From Folioceros fuciformis (lineage: Eukaryota): a stretch of DNA of 64,000 nucleotides. The position numbers and the translations under genes were made by a program. The DNA is taken from NCBI GenBank assembly GCA_049999805.1, contig JBNGIO010005921.1, forward strand, positions 1 through 64,000, written 5' to 3'. Positions within the stretch are counted from its first letter, which is position 1; each line of letters begins with the position of its first letter. Below the pieces are notes generated by a model. That model was not told the DNA's origin and did not search any database. It worked only from the letters and a program-made list of their open reading frames with translations. Of this stretch, positions 28,067 through 45,133 are shown piece by piece.

Positions 28067-28578
28067 AGCCAAGAATGAATTGTTTTGAAAATATTGATAA
28101 GTACTACTATTTCCGTTTAATTTCATAAAAGATTTGTTTCTAACTTTTTATGAATAAGATATATGTTTTGTTAAAGATGGAACAATACAAGAAAGTTTTA
28201 TTACTTTTATTATGATGATGTTTGACCAGAATAACTATCCCCTAAAACGGTAACGAAATATTTGAGGACGGAAGGAAGGGCTCTTTTCCAATTGGGATTA
28301 TTTCCCCTATTTGTATTTCTCGTGATATGCTAGGAAATCGATTCATAGTATCTGACAGTCTCCGTCAAATACCTTCTAGATCAGCTTGCAAAACTTCTGT
28401 TAACAAGGAGTAAAATATTTCTCCCGATGGAGAAACCTCCCTCCGCACGAGACGGATTGTTCCTCATTCCTCGGGGGAGGGAGAACTCTATCAAAACTTG
28501 GTACCTCGAATGGTAGGAGCCACGAACACGCACTTTAGCCTGCACCAGACGAAAGCCTCAACTGCTGCTTTGAACCCC

Positions 28579-31107
28579 CTATACCTCGACGGCTGTCTCA
28601 TCTGCTGCCTTAGCAGCAACAATTGGATACAAGGTCTGTATCTTTGACCATGTCAGTCTTCCTTCAGACGCTTCGCGGAGGATACCTGCAACTTCCTCCT
28701 CGGGAACGCGTACCTGTGACCTCGAATCCCTGTCCCTCAGAGTCACTGTTGTTGTCGACTCCAGATCCACAGTAATGGCATAGGGCACGCCAATTTCATC
28801 TGTTCGGGCGTATCTCTTCCCAATCGACGTCCCAGTAGTGTCGATCTTGCCAACAACACCGGCTCTGGTCAATGAGCGCGCAATTCTCCCTGCCCGCTCA
28901 ACTAGCCCCGCATTTTGAACCAAAGGAAATACTGTACACTTGATGGGAGCAACCAGAGGAAGGAAGCGGAAGAAGTTGAACTGCTCATCTCCTCCCTTGC
29001 TGGGTCGGGTGTCGAAGTTGTGTTCAAACAGGCAGTAGATGATTCTGCCTATCCCAAAGGATGGCTCAATGACGTGGGGAGTAAAGCTCCTTCCAGACTC
29101 AGTAGTCAACACCTTGTTGATAGTGACCATCTCTTTATTCATCGTGAAGGTCTGATTTGCTGAACAGACTGTCAAGGGTGCCGTACCCGCAGATTCAAGT
29201 TTTCCCTTCAGATCCAGTTTTTCCTCTTCTGTCAAGGCCTGTTGGATTGCAACCATTAGAAATGCACATCATAGACACTTTGAAGCTTGAGCACGTCCAG
29301 CACAAACCTCAAGAGCTTGCAGAACAAGAACTTGGTCTTTTTTGAATGTCTTGCCAATCTCTTTCCGGTTGGGATCAAGCTTGACTATCTGGACAACCGT
29401 AGATTTGAGTCACATACATGACCCCATCAGAAACCAAGCCTCCAGAGCAAGAGAAGTCTGAGGACGCTATACCTCAACCTCCTTTGGTGTGGCATACTTC
29501 ACATATGCATTCAACTTCTCATTGCTCTTTTCCTGCCAATAAGGGGGCTCTCAAGGATGAGACAAGTTCTCAGATCGGCAAACTATACAATGCTAGCAGG
29601 GCCTGGGCACAAAGAATGCACGCGTACCGCATGGGCTTTCAGGTCATAAGCAGACCTGTCTGCTATACCCACGCACTCTATCCAGCCATAAGAGCAATGT
29701 ATCTCTGCATCCCAGCAGTCCTCCGCATAGTGGGCCATCTCATTAGGTAAATGTTGTCTGAAACGAAGACGATCAGTTTGAATCCCAAGACCAGTCAGAA
29801 AGAGGTAGGTTCTTCCAATAAAATAGCCGAGCGTTTGGTTGTTTATTGTTCCCTGTGAACCAACTGACGAAACAGTGAGCAGCCATGGAACAACAGAGCG
29901 AAAAAACAGCCTAGCAACCCGAGCGAACAGCGGTTCCACAGACCGAGAGTGCTGGGAATGATACCTTTGTGACAGCATCCCCCAGACGCGTCTTCACTGG
30001 ATCTCCCCCACTAGTTTGCTCTTTTTGAGGGTACAAGAGGAACTCCAATTCCGCAACCTCCCCAAATTTTGGATGTGATTTGTCCTCAGGGTCCACAAAA
30101 TGCTCAATTTCCGCCATCAGAAACTCACGAACCCTTAACAGGCCCTGTCGGGGAGATATCTGCAAGAGCGAAGAGTTGAGGTTCAACTATTTAGCGATGT
30201 TCCCGAGCTTCCAGGCGGATTGACAGATCGTAGACACTCTCGAGCACCGCCTATACCTCGTTCCTGAAAGCAAGCCCGATCTGTGCAGCTGCGAACGGCA
30301 GCTTGTTGCCATTGTGGTAATAGAGATGCTTGAAATTCACAAAAATGCCTTGCGCAGTCTCTGGACGCAGATAGCTGCACCACAGCACACCAATTAGGTG
30401 GAAAATTCTGGCCCAGAACCAAAATCCCGACCAGAATGCAAGCTCACATACCCAGGAGCGTTGCCAGCCGGTCCGATTGAAGTAGCAAACATGAGATTAA
30501 ACGGGTAAGGCTCCGACAAGGCATTCTTGCTGTTAGGCGATTTGATGTCGAGTTCCTTCAACTTGGCCCCGAGCTCCTCCGCACTTAAATTGTCCAGAAC
30601 AGCAAGCGTGTGCTTCAAATCCTGCTTCGCCGCCTCGTCCAGACCAGCACCCTGCGCCAGCTTCGAATTGATATCGTCCTTCACGAGGTGATCCGCTCTG
30701 AAGCACTCACCCGTGGTCAAATCCTTAACCATTAGGTCAGTGAACTTGTCCACGTGCCCCGACGCCTTAAGCACAGGCTCGGGAGTGACACAGGTGCACC
30801 GCACTTCCAGCATGTTCTCCTCCAACACAAAATGCTGCACATTACTCACCAAACCATCGTCAAAATCTCTCCCGCACCATCAAATCCTCCAAAGCCCCGA
30901 CTTCAACCCCTCCTCGCTTACCTGCCTCCAAAACGACAACACATTCTGCTCAATTGCGCAGGCCGGCGGCCCGTAATCATACAGCCCGGCCACCCCGCCG
31001 TAGATGCTGAATGCGGGAATGGTAAACTTGTGCCTCTCCAGTGTGTTCTGCAGCTCCGCTCGAAACTTCTCAGCGCTAAGACCCTCCAGCTTGCCCGCTA
31101 CCGCCAT
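28579..31107 (-). CDS. Glycyl-tRNA synthetase (eukaryotic homodimeric type), 8 exons
   Basis: [81 protein letters not shown] and [13 protein letters not shown]. Confidence 0.95.
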
Positions 31108-31272
31108 GGCTGCAGCCAGATCTCTTCGCCGTAGACGCCGTGACGCTGCAGCGCTGCCAAGCGGAAGCAGACGGTATCTATCCACGAGGCTATACTAGGG
31201 CGAAACTTGGCCCGTACAAGCCTTTTCCCCTTTCGCCGCCAGGCAGCTTCACTATGCATGCGTAGGGCAGCG

Positions 31273-31282
31273 ATTAGGGTTT
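31273..31282 (-). promoter_or_regulatory. Telo-box (AAACCCTAAT) upstream of GlyRS
   Basis: ATTAGGGTTT on the + strand, ~170 bp upstream of the GlyRS ATG. Telo-boxes are typical of plant translation-machinery genes. Confidence 0.5.
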
Positions 31283-32244
31283 CTATCCACGCTTGCGACA
31301 TGAGGCCTGATACCTTGCGAGGATCTGAAGGTGACTGGATGACCGGGGAAACGGGTGCGAGCAGCCGGTGGAGCGCCGTGCCGGGGGAGTGGCAAACCGA
31401 CGCGCTCTCCTCGCTCCCTTCGCTTTTGAATGAAATGCTTGGTGTTCACCTTCCTGGGAAGACAAACCCTGCTGCTGTTGGCTCTCCCGCGTCTCGGCTG
31501 ATAAGAAAAAGCGCCCACTGACGGCACGTTCAGTGTTCTCGCAGGCCTGTGTGCAACGGTGGATCGAATCCTGCACGCGATGGCGACCGAAGGTTGCTGC
31601 AGGGATCTGCGCTCGAGGACCTGGGGACCGGTCGCGGTTGCGGGAGCGGCAAGCGATGGCAGGAGCCATTCGATGTGAGTGGGTGTTACCGCTGTCCAAG
31701 TGTCGGAGGAAGAAGCTGCAGCTGGTGGGATTGTGCACCCGGGCCAGGTTGATCCGCGCTGTGCTGGTGACGGCTTGGTTGGAGGTGCTGTGCGCCTGGA
31801 GAGGAGGGTGCCACGGGACGCTTTTATCAGGATTAAGGTTTGTAGGTGCAGTGAAGAGGATGCGCCGTTGTGGTGGAGTCAGGGCGCTGATTGGTATAGG
31901 TTCCTTTTTGCAAGAGTGGTACATGGCGTGAGTGCGTGCGTGCGCGTGAAGGCTAAGTCATGGATTCGGTCGGAGCATTTTTAGTGTTTGCCGAGTTCGG
32001 GCATTCAAAGGACTGAGGCTGCACCAGATTTAGGGTTGTTGCTCCTTTTTCGGATGCATGTTACACGGGTGAAGTCGGGCCTTGCTTCAGTGCCCTGGCG
32101 ATTACATGTAGCTGTGTTTCTGCCGACCGAGTGCTTCGCAATCGTGCTTACTCGCGGTGTGGTTTGGTCAGGGGGTAAATTCCGAAAACGGATTCCGTGT
32201 GGTCGCTGCGGGACCGAGTCCTGTTGTGGTTTGAAGGAACAGCC

Positions 32245-34015
32245 ATGGTGGGGTCCTTCATCACCCGGGGGATCATGTAAGTTCTGAGAGGCATTCCTGT
32301 GTTACATGTGTGGTCGCGCGGGTTTCAGGCTCTTGCAACTCACTTCGTTGTCGTTGGTGTAGCATGGTTCTTGGATATGTGTATCCTGCGTACGAGTGTT
32401 TCAAGTCTGTGGAAAGAAATAGACCCGATGTGGAGAATCTGCGCTTCTGGTGTCAATACTGGTACATTTCTCCCCTTTGCTATTTCGGAGTGATTGACAG
32501 CGGGTAGAGTCTCCATGGTGGATACTCTAGTGTAGTGCAGGTAGTGTCTCTGGGTGTAGGGATCTAGGCTTGTGTTAACTGATGTGGCGCTGGCTTTCTG
32601 GGCTGGTTGCAGGATGATTTTAGCTATGGTGACGGTGCTAGAAAGGGTTGGTGATGCGCTCATTTCATGGTAGGCCATAGTTGTGCTCCGTGTATCCTCC
32701 TAGTACTAGATCGCTGTTACCAAGTCAGGCTGATCAGCTTGGGTCTTGTACAGTAATCTGAAGCAAACGTTTGCTGAAGGTTAAAAATGGCTGAGATGTT
32801 CTCATTTCTGTGCCAGGGTCCCAATGTACAGTGAAGCTAAGCTTGCCTTCATCATTTATCTATGGTACCCCAAGACTAGGGTATGGCGTTTTCCAGTCTA
32901 CTCCTTGATCTGAGCACCAATGCATGCCACTATTGCAAGCCCTGCCTGTTATCCTATTCTTGCTAAGTCCTTCCTTTTGCTTTGGTTTGATGTTCAGGGA
33001 GCGTACACTATCTATGAAGTTTACCTGAAGCCATTTGTGGCTAACTACGACACTAGTTTGAACCTAAGCAATTGACCTCACTTGTTGTTCTGGTGTTCAG
33101 GGGACAACTTATGTTTATACGACGTTTCTTAAGCCCTTTGTGGCTAAACATGAGATAGAGATCGACCGTAATCTCAATGAGTTCAGGACAAGAGCTGGTG
33201 ATTGGATGTTTCACTACTGGCAGACGGGTTCCACCTACTTTCAGGCTAGGTTCCTTGAGGTTCTCCAGTATGTTGCGTCCCAGTCGACCAGGCCTCAGCG
33301 CTCCCAGGTGCTCTTCTCTTCAGCAGACTAATGGCTTTTAGGGGATGCGTCGCATGTGCTAGAGGGTCATGTGCAAAGTGCTGTGGGTTGATTTGGCGAA
33401 GTTGAGCTAGTGCTGGGATGACAATTTCTCCAGAGGAATCTTACACATGGACCTAAGTATGTTCTATCGTCATTTGACATGCAGGCAGTGCCTCAAAGGC
33501 CACCTCCCCCACCATCTCGGTCGAGTTCTGTCAAGGTAGGCAGTGAAGCACGCAAGGTGTTGCATCGAGTGAATTCCAATGAGAAACAAAAAGTTCTGTA
33601 TCGGGCCTAATTCTTTTTCTCTTCCACTTGGTAGCAACGTTTTCCGTGTGTTTTTTTTTTCTTCGATTCTCACACAGTCAGCATCTACTTCTGATGCTCA
33701 ATGAGGTTCATTGGCATAATGTCCTCCTTGTGACAACATATGCAGGCCCCATTGCGGCAGCAGCCCCCACAGCATATGCCGCCAGCGCCACCTCCTCCCT
33801 CATACTCTTCTCCGACACCCACTGCACCAGCCATGCCTCGGCCGAGGGCTGTCGTACAGGAAGAAGAAGATTTTGATTATGATGTTGTGGAGCAGGTGGA
33901 CCGACCTGACCAACCCCTTTACCCGGATTTGAGCGGGGGCGGTAATCCGCAATTGACGTATTCCCTTCGAAGTCGCGTCAAGGGTGGGAGCGGCCGTGGT
34001 GGTGGTGCTTGGTAA
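32245..34015 (+). CDS. HVA22-like protein (TB2/DP1/REEP family) with Pro-rich tail, 7 exons
   Basis: Exons 32245-32276, 32363-32461, 32613-32669, 32817-32880, 33101-33307, 33485-33535 and 33746-34015. It reads MVGSFITRGIIMVLGYVYPAYECFKSVERNRPDVENLRFWCQYW...PMYSEAKLAFIIYLWYPKTRGTTYVY... Confidence 0.92.
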
Positions 34016-35977
34016 CTTGGTTTGTCTGACCACTTTTGCAGACGAGACTAGTGGTGCATTTTCGCTCTGGTGATTTTTTTTGCAATGCGGAGGGCTGGGT
34101 CATTGAGGAAGTTGATTTTGCAAGGAGTGTGCTGTTGGGACCCTTCGCCTTACTCTTCGGTAGACTGGGATGCAAAGGTTGGCTGTCATTCTTCATCACC
34201 TCGGATGTATTCGCATATCAAATCGTCGCTGGAATTTTGGAAACCTTCGCCATGTACATACTCTGAATTTTATATAAACTTCAACGTGGATGCAGATGTG
34301 GCTTTGGATGTTCGCCTAAAACTTTTTCTATCCGTGCCATGTGACCTCCATATATATATATATGTTTGCCCGGCGAGGGACAGGCTTGAGTCTGCCGCGT
34401 CTCCTCAAGATCCCATTGGAGGACAGAGCTCAAACTTCAACACATGAGAGGAAACCTTGAATTCGTCTCCTTTCCGGTCCCCTGTCTTTGCCTGGCACGC
34501 CTGCCTACCTGCTCTCTCTCGTCGGGCGGGTTGTCAGGCCGTATGGGACGACGGGATATTTAGTGCAAGTTGCTGCAAGCAATGCACATACAAAATCACT
34601 ACGTACTACTAGGTAGCTAGGACAAACCTTTTTCGGCTGTTGACATTGTACGTTGCTTCAGATCGAAACGAGGCATGGTATCCCGCACTTTGATTTTATT
34701 CCTGGAGAGAGACTCCTAACGTCCAACGGCAGTTTCGTTTATCCTTGAATCTTCGACAGGCCAATCTTGCTTCAGTCCTTTCCTTGCTCAGGAAGACTCT
34801 CTTCTGCGGTTCTCGCTGTCGCCAAGGAACCTGCCCGTGGCGGAACATTTGATGAATGTGGGGCAGGGGCTGTTGGACAGGCTTGGTGTTTCACATTACA
34901 TCCGAGAGGAAGATGGTCAAGTCAGGGCTTCACATCTACGCATGACACCTACTCCGACCACGGTGAGGTCATCAGTGCGTCTCTAACCCTGACCCATCTC
35001 ACGTACTGTAGCAGTATCGCTGCTTGCGACGTCGGTCTGCAAGCGTGATTGAGTCGATCCTGGGAGCGATGAATTCTTCCACTCGGTCCCGCTGGGAGTA
35101 CTCTGACATCGTAGCAATCCAAGTTACCACGTTCTACTGTCTCAATCGGTGACACATCCTGAGCATCCATCCTGCAAGGTGCCAGACTTTGCGTTCTGTG
35201 CACCAAGCCACTGCAGACAGACTAATCTGGCTCAAAACCACTGGGTCTGACATCGGCATGCACCTGCTCGCTGACAGTTTCGTCCGTCAAGCCTGGAGAC
35301 CCGCCGGGGACAGGATCGTCCCGCAAGGTCCATTTTCATTTCAGTCAAAACGACCCATGTCTTGCCTCCTATCCCAGCCAAGCATGATCTACAGAATAGA
35401 ATATCCCTCCTTGCTGCAATATCCGTTCCCAGCCACATCTCCAGTTGTTTTGGTTGGATTTCTTGCTGAGGTGTTGCGCCTCGTGGCTTTCCTCCAAGTC
35501 AGGTAGGTGAGTTACTCTTCCCAGAATTCCTGATAGCCCACCACCCTTGTTGGGTCAACAGCAAATCCTGCCAGCCGTTTTCTCGACTCTATTCCAACGC
35601 TCCGGACACCCATGTCCCAGCAGAAGCGCACTCTCAGAACGGATTGGTAGCGACCAGTCGCTCAGCGGTGGATCACGCGCAGGAGCTCGTACAAGCAGCC
35701 ATGGCGGTCAGTCGCAGCTGACGACGGCTAGCTTAAATGAATTAATATTGCACAAGCGGAAGGGCCGAGCTGGCCAAAATCCTCTTCATGGACATGAACC
35801 ACGCGCTTCCAAGCACATAACATGAAATTGAGATAAAGTGCGGAGAATTTGTACTCGCACTTTGCCAGTTTGGGAGCCTTTGCAAAGATTTGAATGCACT
35901 GCGTTCAAACTCTTCTAGTCCCAATTGGTACACAGTTTTGCACAGAAACAAGGTGTAGGCATCGGTGGCCAGGACTT

Positions 35978-40161
<4,184 letters not shown>

Positions 40162-40530
40162 CGTCCCACTCCCAAGGCTTCGCTGCTTTCACTCACCCCG
40201 AAATCATGAACTAACGCCCAAAATTTCTCATTCAGCTGACCTTATCCCTCACCAGTCCCTTATCCAGTTTGCTGTCCACCGAAACGGTAGCTGCCTAAAG
40301 TCCCAAACGCATATATTCTGAAGGTCTCGCAGCATCACCGTGGGCGTTCCAGCCGAGACCCTCCCGGCCGGCATTGCGATCACTGGACTAGACGAGGAAG
40401 GAGACTCGGTAATCTGCATCTGTCTGCCTATGGACTACGCAGTACTACAATGCTTGATTTGATCTTTATTATTTGGCTCTTGTGGTGATATGACATCGGG
40501 AGCTTCCTTGCCCACTGGCTTCGAAAAAGG

Positions 40531-43109
40531 TCAAGGGTTGGTGTTGCTGGACTGAGGGTACCTTCCCAAAGAATTCCAGAATATGTACTCTCCCGACACA
40601 ACCTGCAGGGCAACATAGAGTTGAGAGATAGATGCAAGTATGAGAGCAAGTGCCTACTTTTTAATGAAAAAACAGACCTGTGAGAAGCACTCTGTTGTGA
40701 CCTTGGTTGCGGGATATACGGTGACCTGCACCAATGGACATTTTGTAATGGTAACGTAAGCTTCTGGCGGGAGCTGGTGGCCTTTGATAATCAAAGACAA
40801 GGAAATGTATGTCAATAATAGTTTGGTCTCTTACAGCTTTGGGATCGATTGATAAGCCAGATACGGTGCCACCAACCAGTTTCAGAGAAGCCTGGGCACC
40901 AAGTAAGCGACCAACCATCATGCTTGGGACGAGTAACAGCCCTGGCGGAAACCAAAGAAGTAATGCAAAAAGAGGAGCAGACGAAGAATCCAAACATGGA
41001 GAGAGACCTACTTTGGCATAGCTGTAGGCATCCCAGGTGAACGCATCTTCCCATTGAGCTATAGGCAGGCCCGTGTCACCTTTCTCCGAGTTGCCGTCAT
41101 AATAGTCTCCAGCTCTTTCCACGTTCTTCGCTTCGGCCTCCTCCTCGGAATACAAGGCTGTCTTGTCAGAATTATTCAAACTCTCTGCGCCTGAGGTGGG
41201 AGAAAATTTAATGGTGCCTGGAAAGGAGACTTCGGTGGCCTTTGCGAAAATGCTGCGGGTGCTAGCAGCAATCCTCCACTCGATTAAGTGGTCCGTCGTG
41301 ATGAACGTGCCAGAGGAAGGTGTTCCATCAATGCTAATAATCTTCCGTCTGGGGAATGGCAATGACAGGGTGCAATACTCCAATACCATGGGAGCTTTGT
41401 AGCCTTCGGCAAGTTTCATCCTGATTAGAAAAGCTCCTTCATCATCTGATACCATGGACAGTTGATAGAACCCTTGAAGAGGAAGCTGCATAGCGGCAGG
41501 CAAGCCTTGATACCGTGCAAGCACAAAGTTTCCCAAAGGTGGAGAGAATGTTACCCTGTGTTTTTCCGAAACATGCTCTGTTGCCTGGGCACAAGGATGA
41601 AAGCTGAGAGCATCTGCACATGGATTTTGGCATGAAACAGGGACGGAGACCTCAGGAAGCCCTTCTAAGTCTGCCCTGCACAGAATCTGCCCGCCAAGAG
41701 TAATCACGTCTGCGACATCATCTCGGTCATACAAGGCAGCAGTAATTATCTCATGAACGGCAAACACCAGCTTCGGTTTCCCTCTGTACAGATAGGGTTT
41801 CCACGCTGGTAGTTTCTGTTCAGCCGGTGGAACATCCATGGCAGAGAAACCATTCGTTCGTATGGCATTGAGGTTTGCTACATTAAGATCCAAAGGAGTT
41901 CCTGCAGCCAACAGAATGACCTCATTAGAAAACCATAACGGTAACAAAGCAATCTCCGATGACATGTAATCGTAAGCATTCACCACACTAACCAAAAGGC
42001 ATTGCACCGCTGATGAACTTCCTAACAGCTTCCTTGTTTACGGATTTAGCTATCTTGCTATGTGCCCCGGTAATGACAGATGTTGCTTGTCCAGCAGCTG
42101 CTGCTACTGCTGAAGCAGCTGCTGTCACTGGTGCTGCAACTGGTTTGGCGCGAGAGGCTATACCTGCTGCAATACCTATGCCTCCAGCTAAACTGTCTAA
42201 TAAAGTTGTTGCCGGAGGATTGATATGCATATCTGGCTCTGCCACTTCCCCAGTGACAACATCACCAATTGCATACGCCACTGCTAAGGCCCTGAGAATC
42301 AAACATTGGACCCAAAAAATGAGGATAGTGTGCATCATAAAGTGGCAAGTGCGACTACCATTAGCAAAGCCACCACCACCAGCATCACTACCATCAAAGT
42401 GCATCAAAGGACGACACCGAAATCCATGCTCACCCTGTAATGCACGGCATGCCGAGCATCATGGATGAAAGATTGTTTTCATTATCTTGTACAAAATGAT
42501 GTGGACCGCCACAATCATGCCTCCTGCAGCGATCTTCATAAGCAGCCAACTGATGTGGTTCGATGAGTGGCAATACCAGTATCTGATATTGACCTTTCGA
42601 ATGCAACACCAGAGGCCACAGCAGAGAGGGAACATCTTTTTCTCCTGTCTTCAGATCAAGGCTGATTATGTGCCTGGTGATAGGCTCGTCCACCCATGAA
42701 TCTGTGCCCTCAACTGACCAAGATTCTCGAATTGCACTCGACTGGATAGACCCTTCCCTGAGGCATCCGGGATGAGGAACAGAGCAGATCGGAAGTTCCA
42801 GGCAAAAGAGGGAAGGCTAAGCAGCTCACCTCGCTTTCCGCTCTGCTATCAGCTCCGCAATTTGCACATCGGACGGCAAAGCAGGGGAACTTGTCTGGGG
42901 GTCTCGAGAGTCCGTACCCCTGGCCTCGCTGCAAGCTCGTTGCCATTGTCTCTCCACTGTAGGAAACCGCCTGCCACGATTCCATTGAGTCAACGAAGCT
43001 CATCACACCACCCACAGAGCACTATCCATCCCTCCCGGCATTACCTGGAGAAGAAAACATTGGAATTCGACTTGAGGATCCAGATCGCCCTGATGCTGCA
43101 CCCGCGCAT
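40531..43109 (-). CDS. AP5M: AP-5 complex subunit mu
   Basis: MRGCSIRAIWIL...FSRRFPTVERQW, DSWVDEPITRHII, FISGAMPFGTPLDL, WKPYLYRGK, FSPPLGNFVL, GFYQLSMVSDDEGAFL and VVSGEYIFWNSLG. GT-AG exons are in frame. Confidence 0.9.
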
Positions 43110-45133
43110 GCTACCACGATCTCCTCGTCTGCTCTCAAACGCTGCTACACCATAAACCCACCACCGGCTACTGCCTTCCTGAAGATTCCAGAGGTCTCGC
43201 CTTCCCTGAGTGCTCGGGCAACACTATTCCGCCTCCAGGCAGCGACAAAATGGATATGACATCAATGTCAAGAGCTTCACCCTCGACCGGCTCCTGGATC
43301 GATTTCGGTGGCATTCGAGGGCTACGTGTCTTCTGACCTTTTCATGTCCGGAGCACTTTCACACAGGATCCCCTCCTTCGACATTCAGTCCACAGATGAG
43401 TATACTTGCTACCTCTGCCTCGTAGACCAAGAGGCAGAGGTGTCTCCACCGCATATTGCCAGCTTCTTTCTTCCCTGCCTGATGTGAAACGCGAGCTTGT
43501 TTCTTCCACACGGCATTCATGGGCAATTTTGCCTACGATCTATCGTACAACAGGTTCTTGGTACATATTCTGGCAGCCATTGATCCGCATTGGAGGACGG
43601 GATCTTCAAGAAATGCAATGTCGTCATGGAGCTGGAGCTGAACTACGTGCAATTTAAAACTACCCTATCACTCACTCACATGGAATTTGGACATTTCATT
43701 CTGTCTTCTAAGAGTTTGCAACGTCCCCTGCGTCCTCTTCATCTCATGCTCCAACTCCCTTCTCTTTTGAGGTGTGGCAGATAGAGATCTAGGATACTTT
43801 TTTTTCAACTTCGCCTCAAGACCGGTTCAGGTCTAGCATTTCTGTTTGCTACGGGCCGGCAGTTCCTCGATCTTGAGACTGGGATGGCTCAAGCTCCAAG
43901 GACCTTAAAGGTCTCCTGTGCAGAGGAGACATTCTCCACCTGTGAAGACGATATCCAAAGCCAAAAAAATTTAGCTTCCTAAAACGACCACAAGAGGGAG
44001 GAGGCGAGAGGCCGGGGAAGGGCGCGAATCACGGGCCGTCCAGTGATTAGTCTTTCCCCATTAAAATAAAAATAAAAAAATAAAAAGAGGTTTAGGGTTT
44101 AGGATAAATTCAGAAAAAGAAATGTAAAAAAATTATATATTTTCCTCGAATGAGATGGGAGATCCCATCGGGAAGAGACCCAATCTCCATGGAATAAGAC
44201 ATAGTACCTTCCACCTTGGGAGATGTGCAAGCATGGAGTGATCAGCTTATAATACAAGGTCATTGTAAAGAAGACACTTCTAGTCGTCTACGGTACAAGA
44301 AGTAGTATTCTCCAAACCTTAGAGCTCTTCAGGTGATTCAGGTATTACAACCAAGATCTAATCCTTCTGCATCCTTGGAAACGTTGCTTTGCAAGCAAGG
44401 TAGGGCTCCAAGTACAGCCAAGCGGATCTCTGGATTTGTCATGGACCTTACCACCAGCCTGAACCTGGGCAAATACATGTACCAGATCTCCACAAAGCCT
44501 CGTGGATCGTGACACTTGTGGAGACCTGCAAGAACCCGACTGCCTTGGTTGCATCTCAGGCTGGGTGAAACACGGCGCTAATCCACGGGTTAAGACTGTT
44601 CTAACCCTGCCGGACATGTTGGATGGTGGAGGTGGCAGAGTAGTGTGATCACTGAAGTCGAGTAGGGAGTCTGATAAGAGTGGAGGGAAGCTTGTGTGTC
44701 GGGGCGACGCGTGTTGGCACGCGACGTGAACCAGGTACGGGACTGGCGATGCGGCCAGGCGTAACTGGTAGTCCTCTGGGCCAGTTGTGTGAGGTAACGC
44801 AAGGGCAGATTTTATGCATGTCTGTTCCCTCTCCCGGAGAGACGTTTTGAATCTTTCTTGTGGCATTGACAGGTGGGCGCATCTGCACTTAGGCTTACCA
44901 GCTCAGGCTCAGCAGAAAGGCAGGGTAGGGTGGGAAGGTAGCGCGGTTTTGGTGGCCTCGTTGGAGATGCGGGAAAAGAGGTGACGTTTAGTGCTTGCTG
45001 TCCGAAGCTTACTACCCCGACCTGGAGTGGGTCTGGGTTATGGTGCGGGAGCCGTCCGTCAGGGGGTGAGATGACGAGGGAAGGACAGCAACATCTTCAG
45101 CAAGGCAAGTGCTGAGGCAAGCTAGGAATCGAA

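Noticed and set aside
27657-28126. ORFs spanning the N-run
   Set aside because: Artefacts of the assembly gap.
43260-43790. Short LRR-like translation (LEDGIFKKCNVVMELELNYVQF)
   Set aside because: Too short and frame-broken to support a call without a database search.
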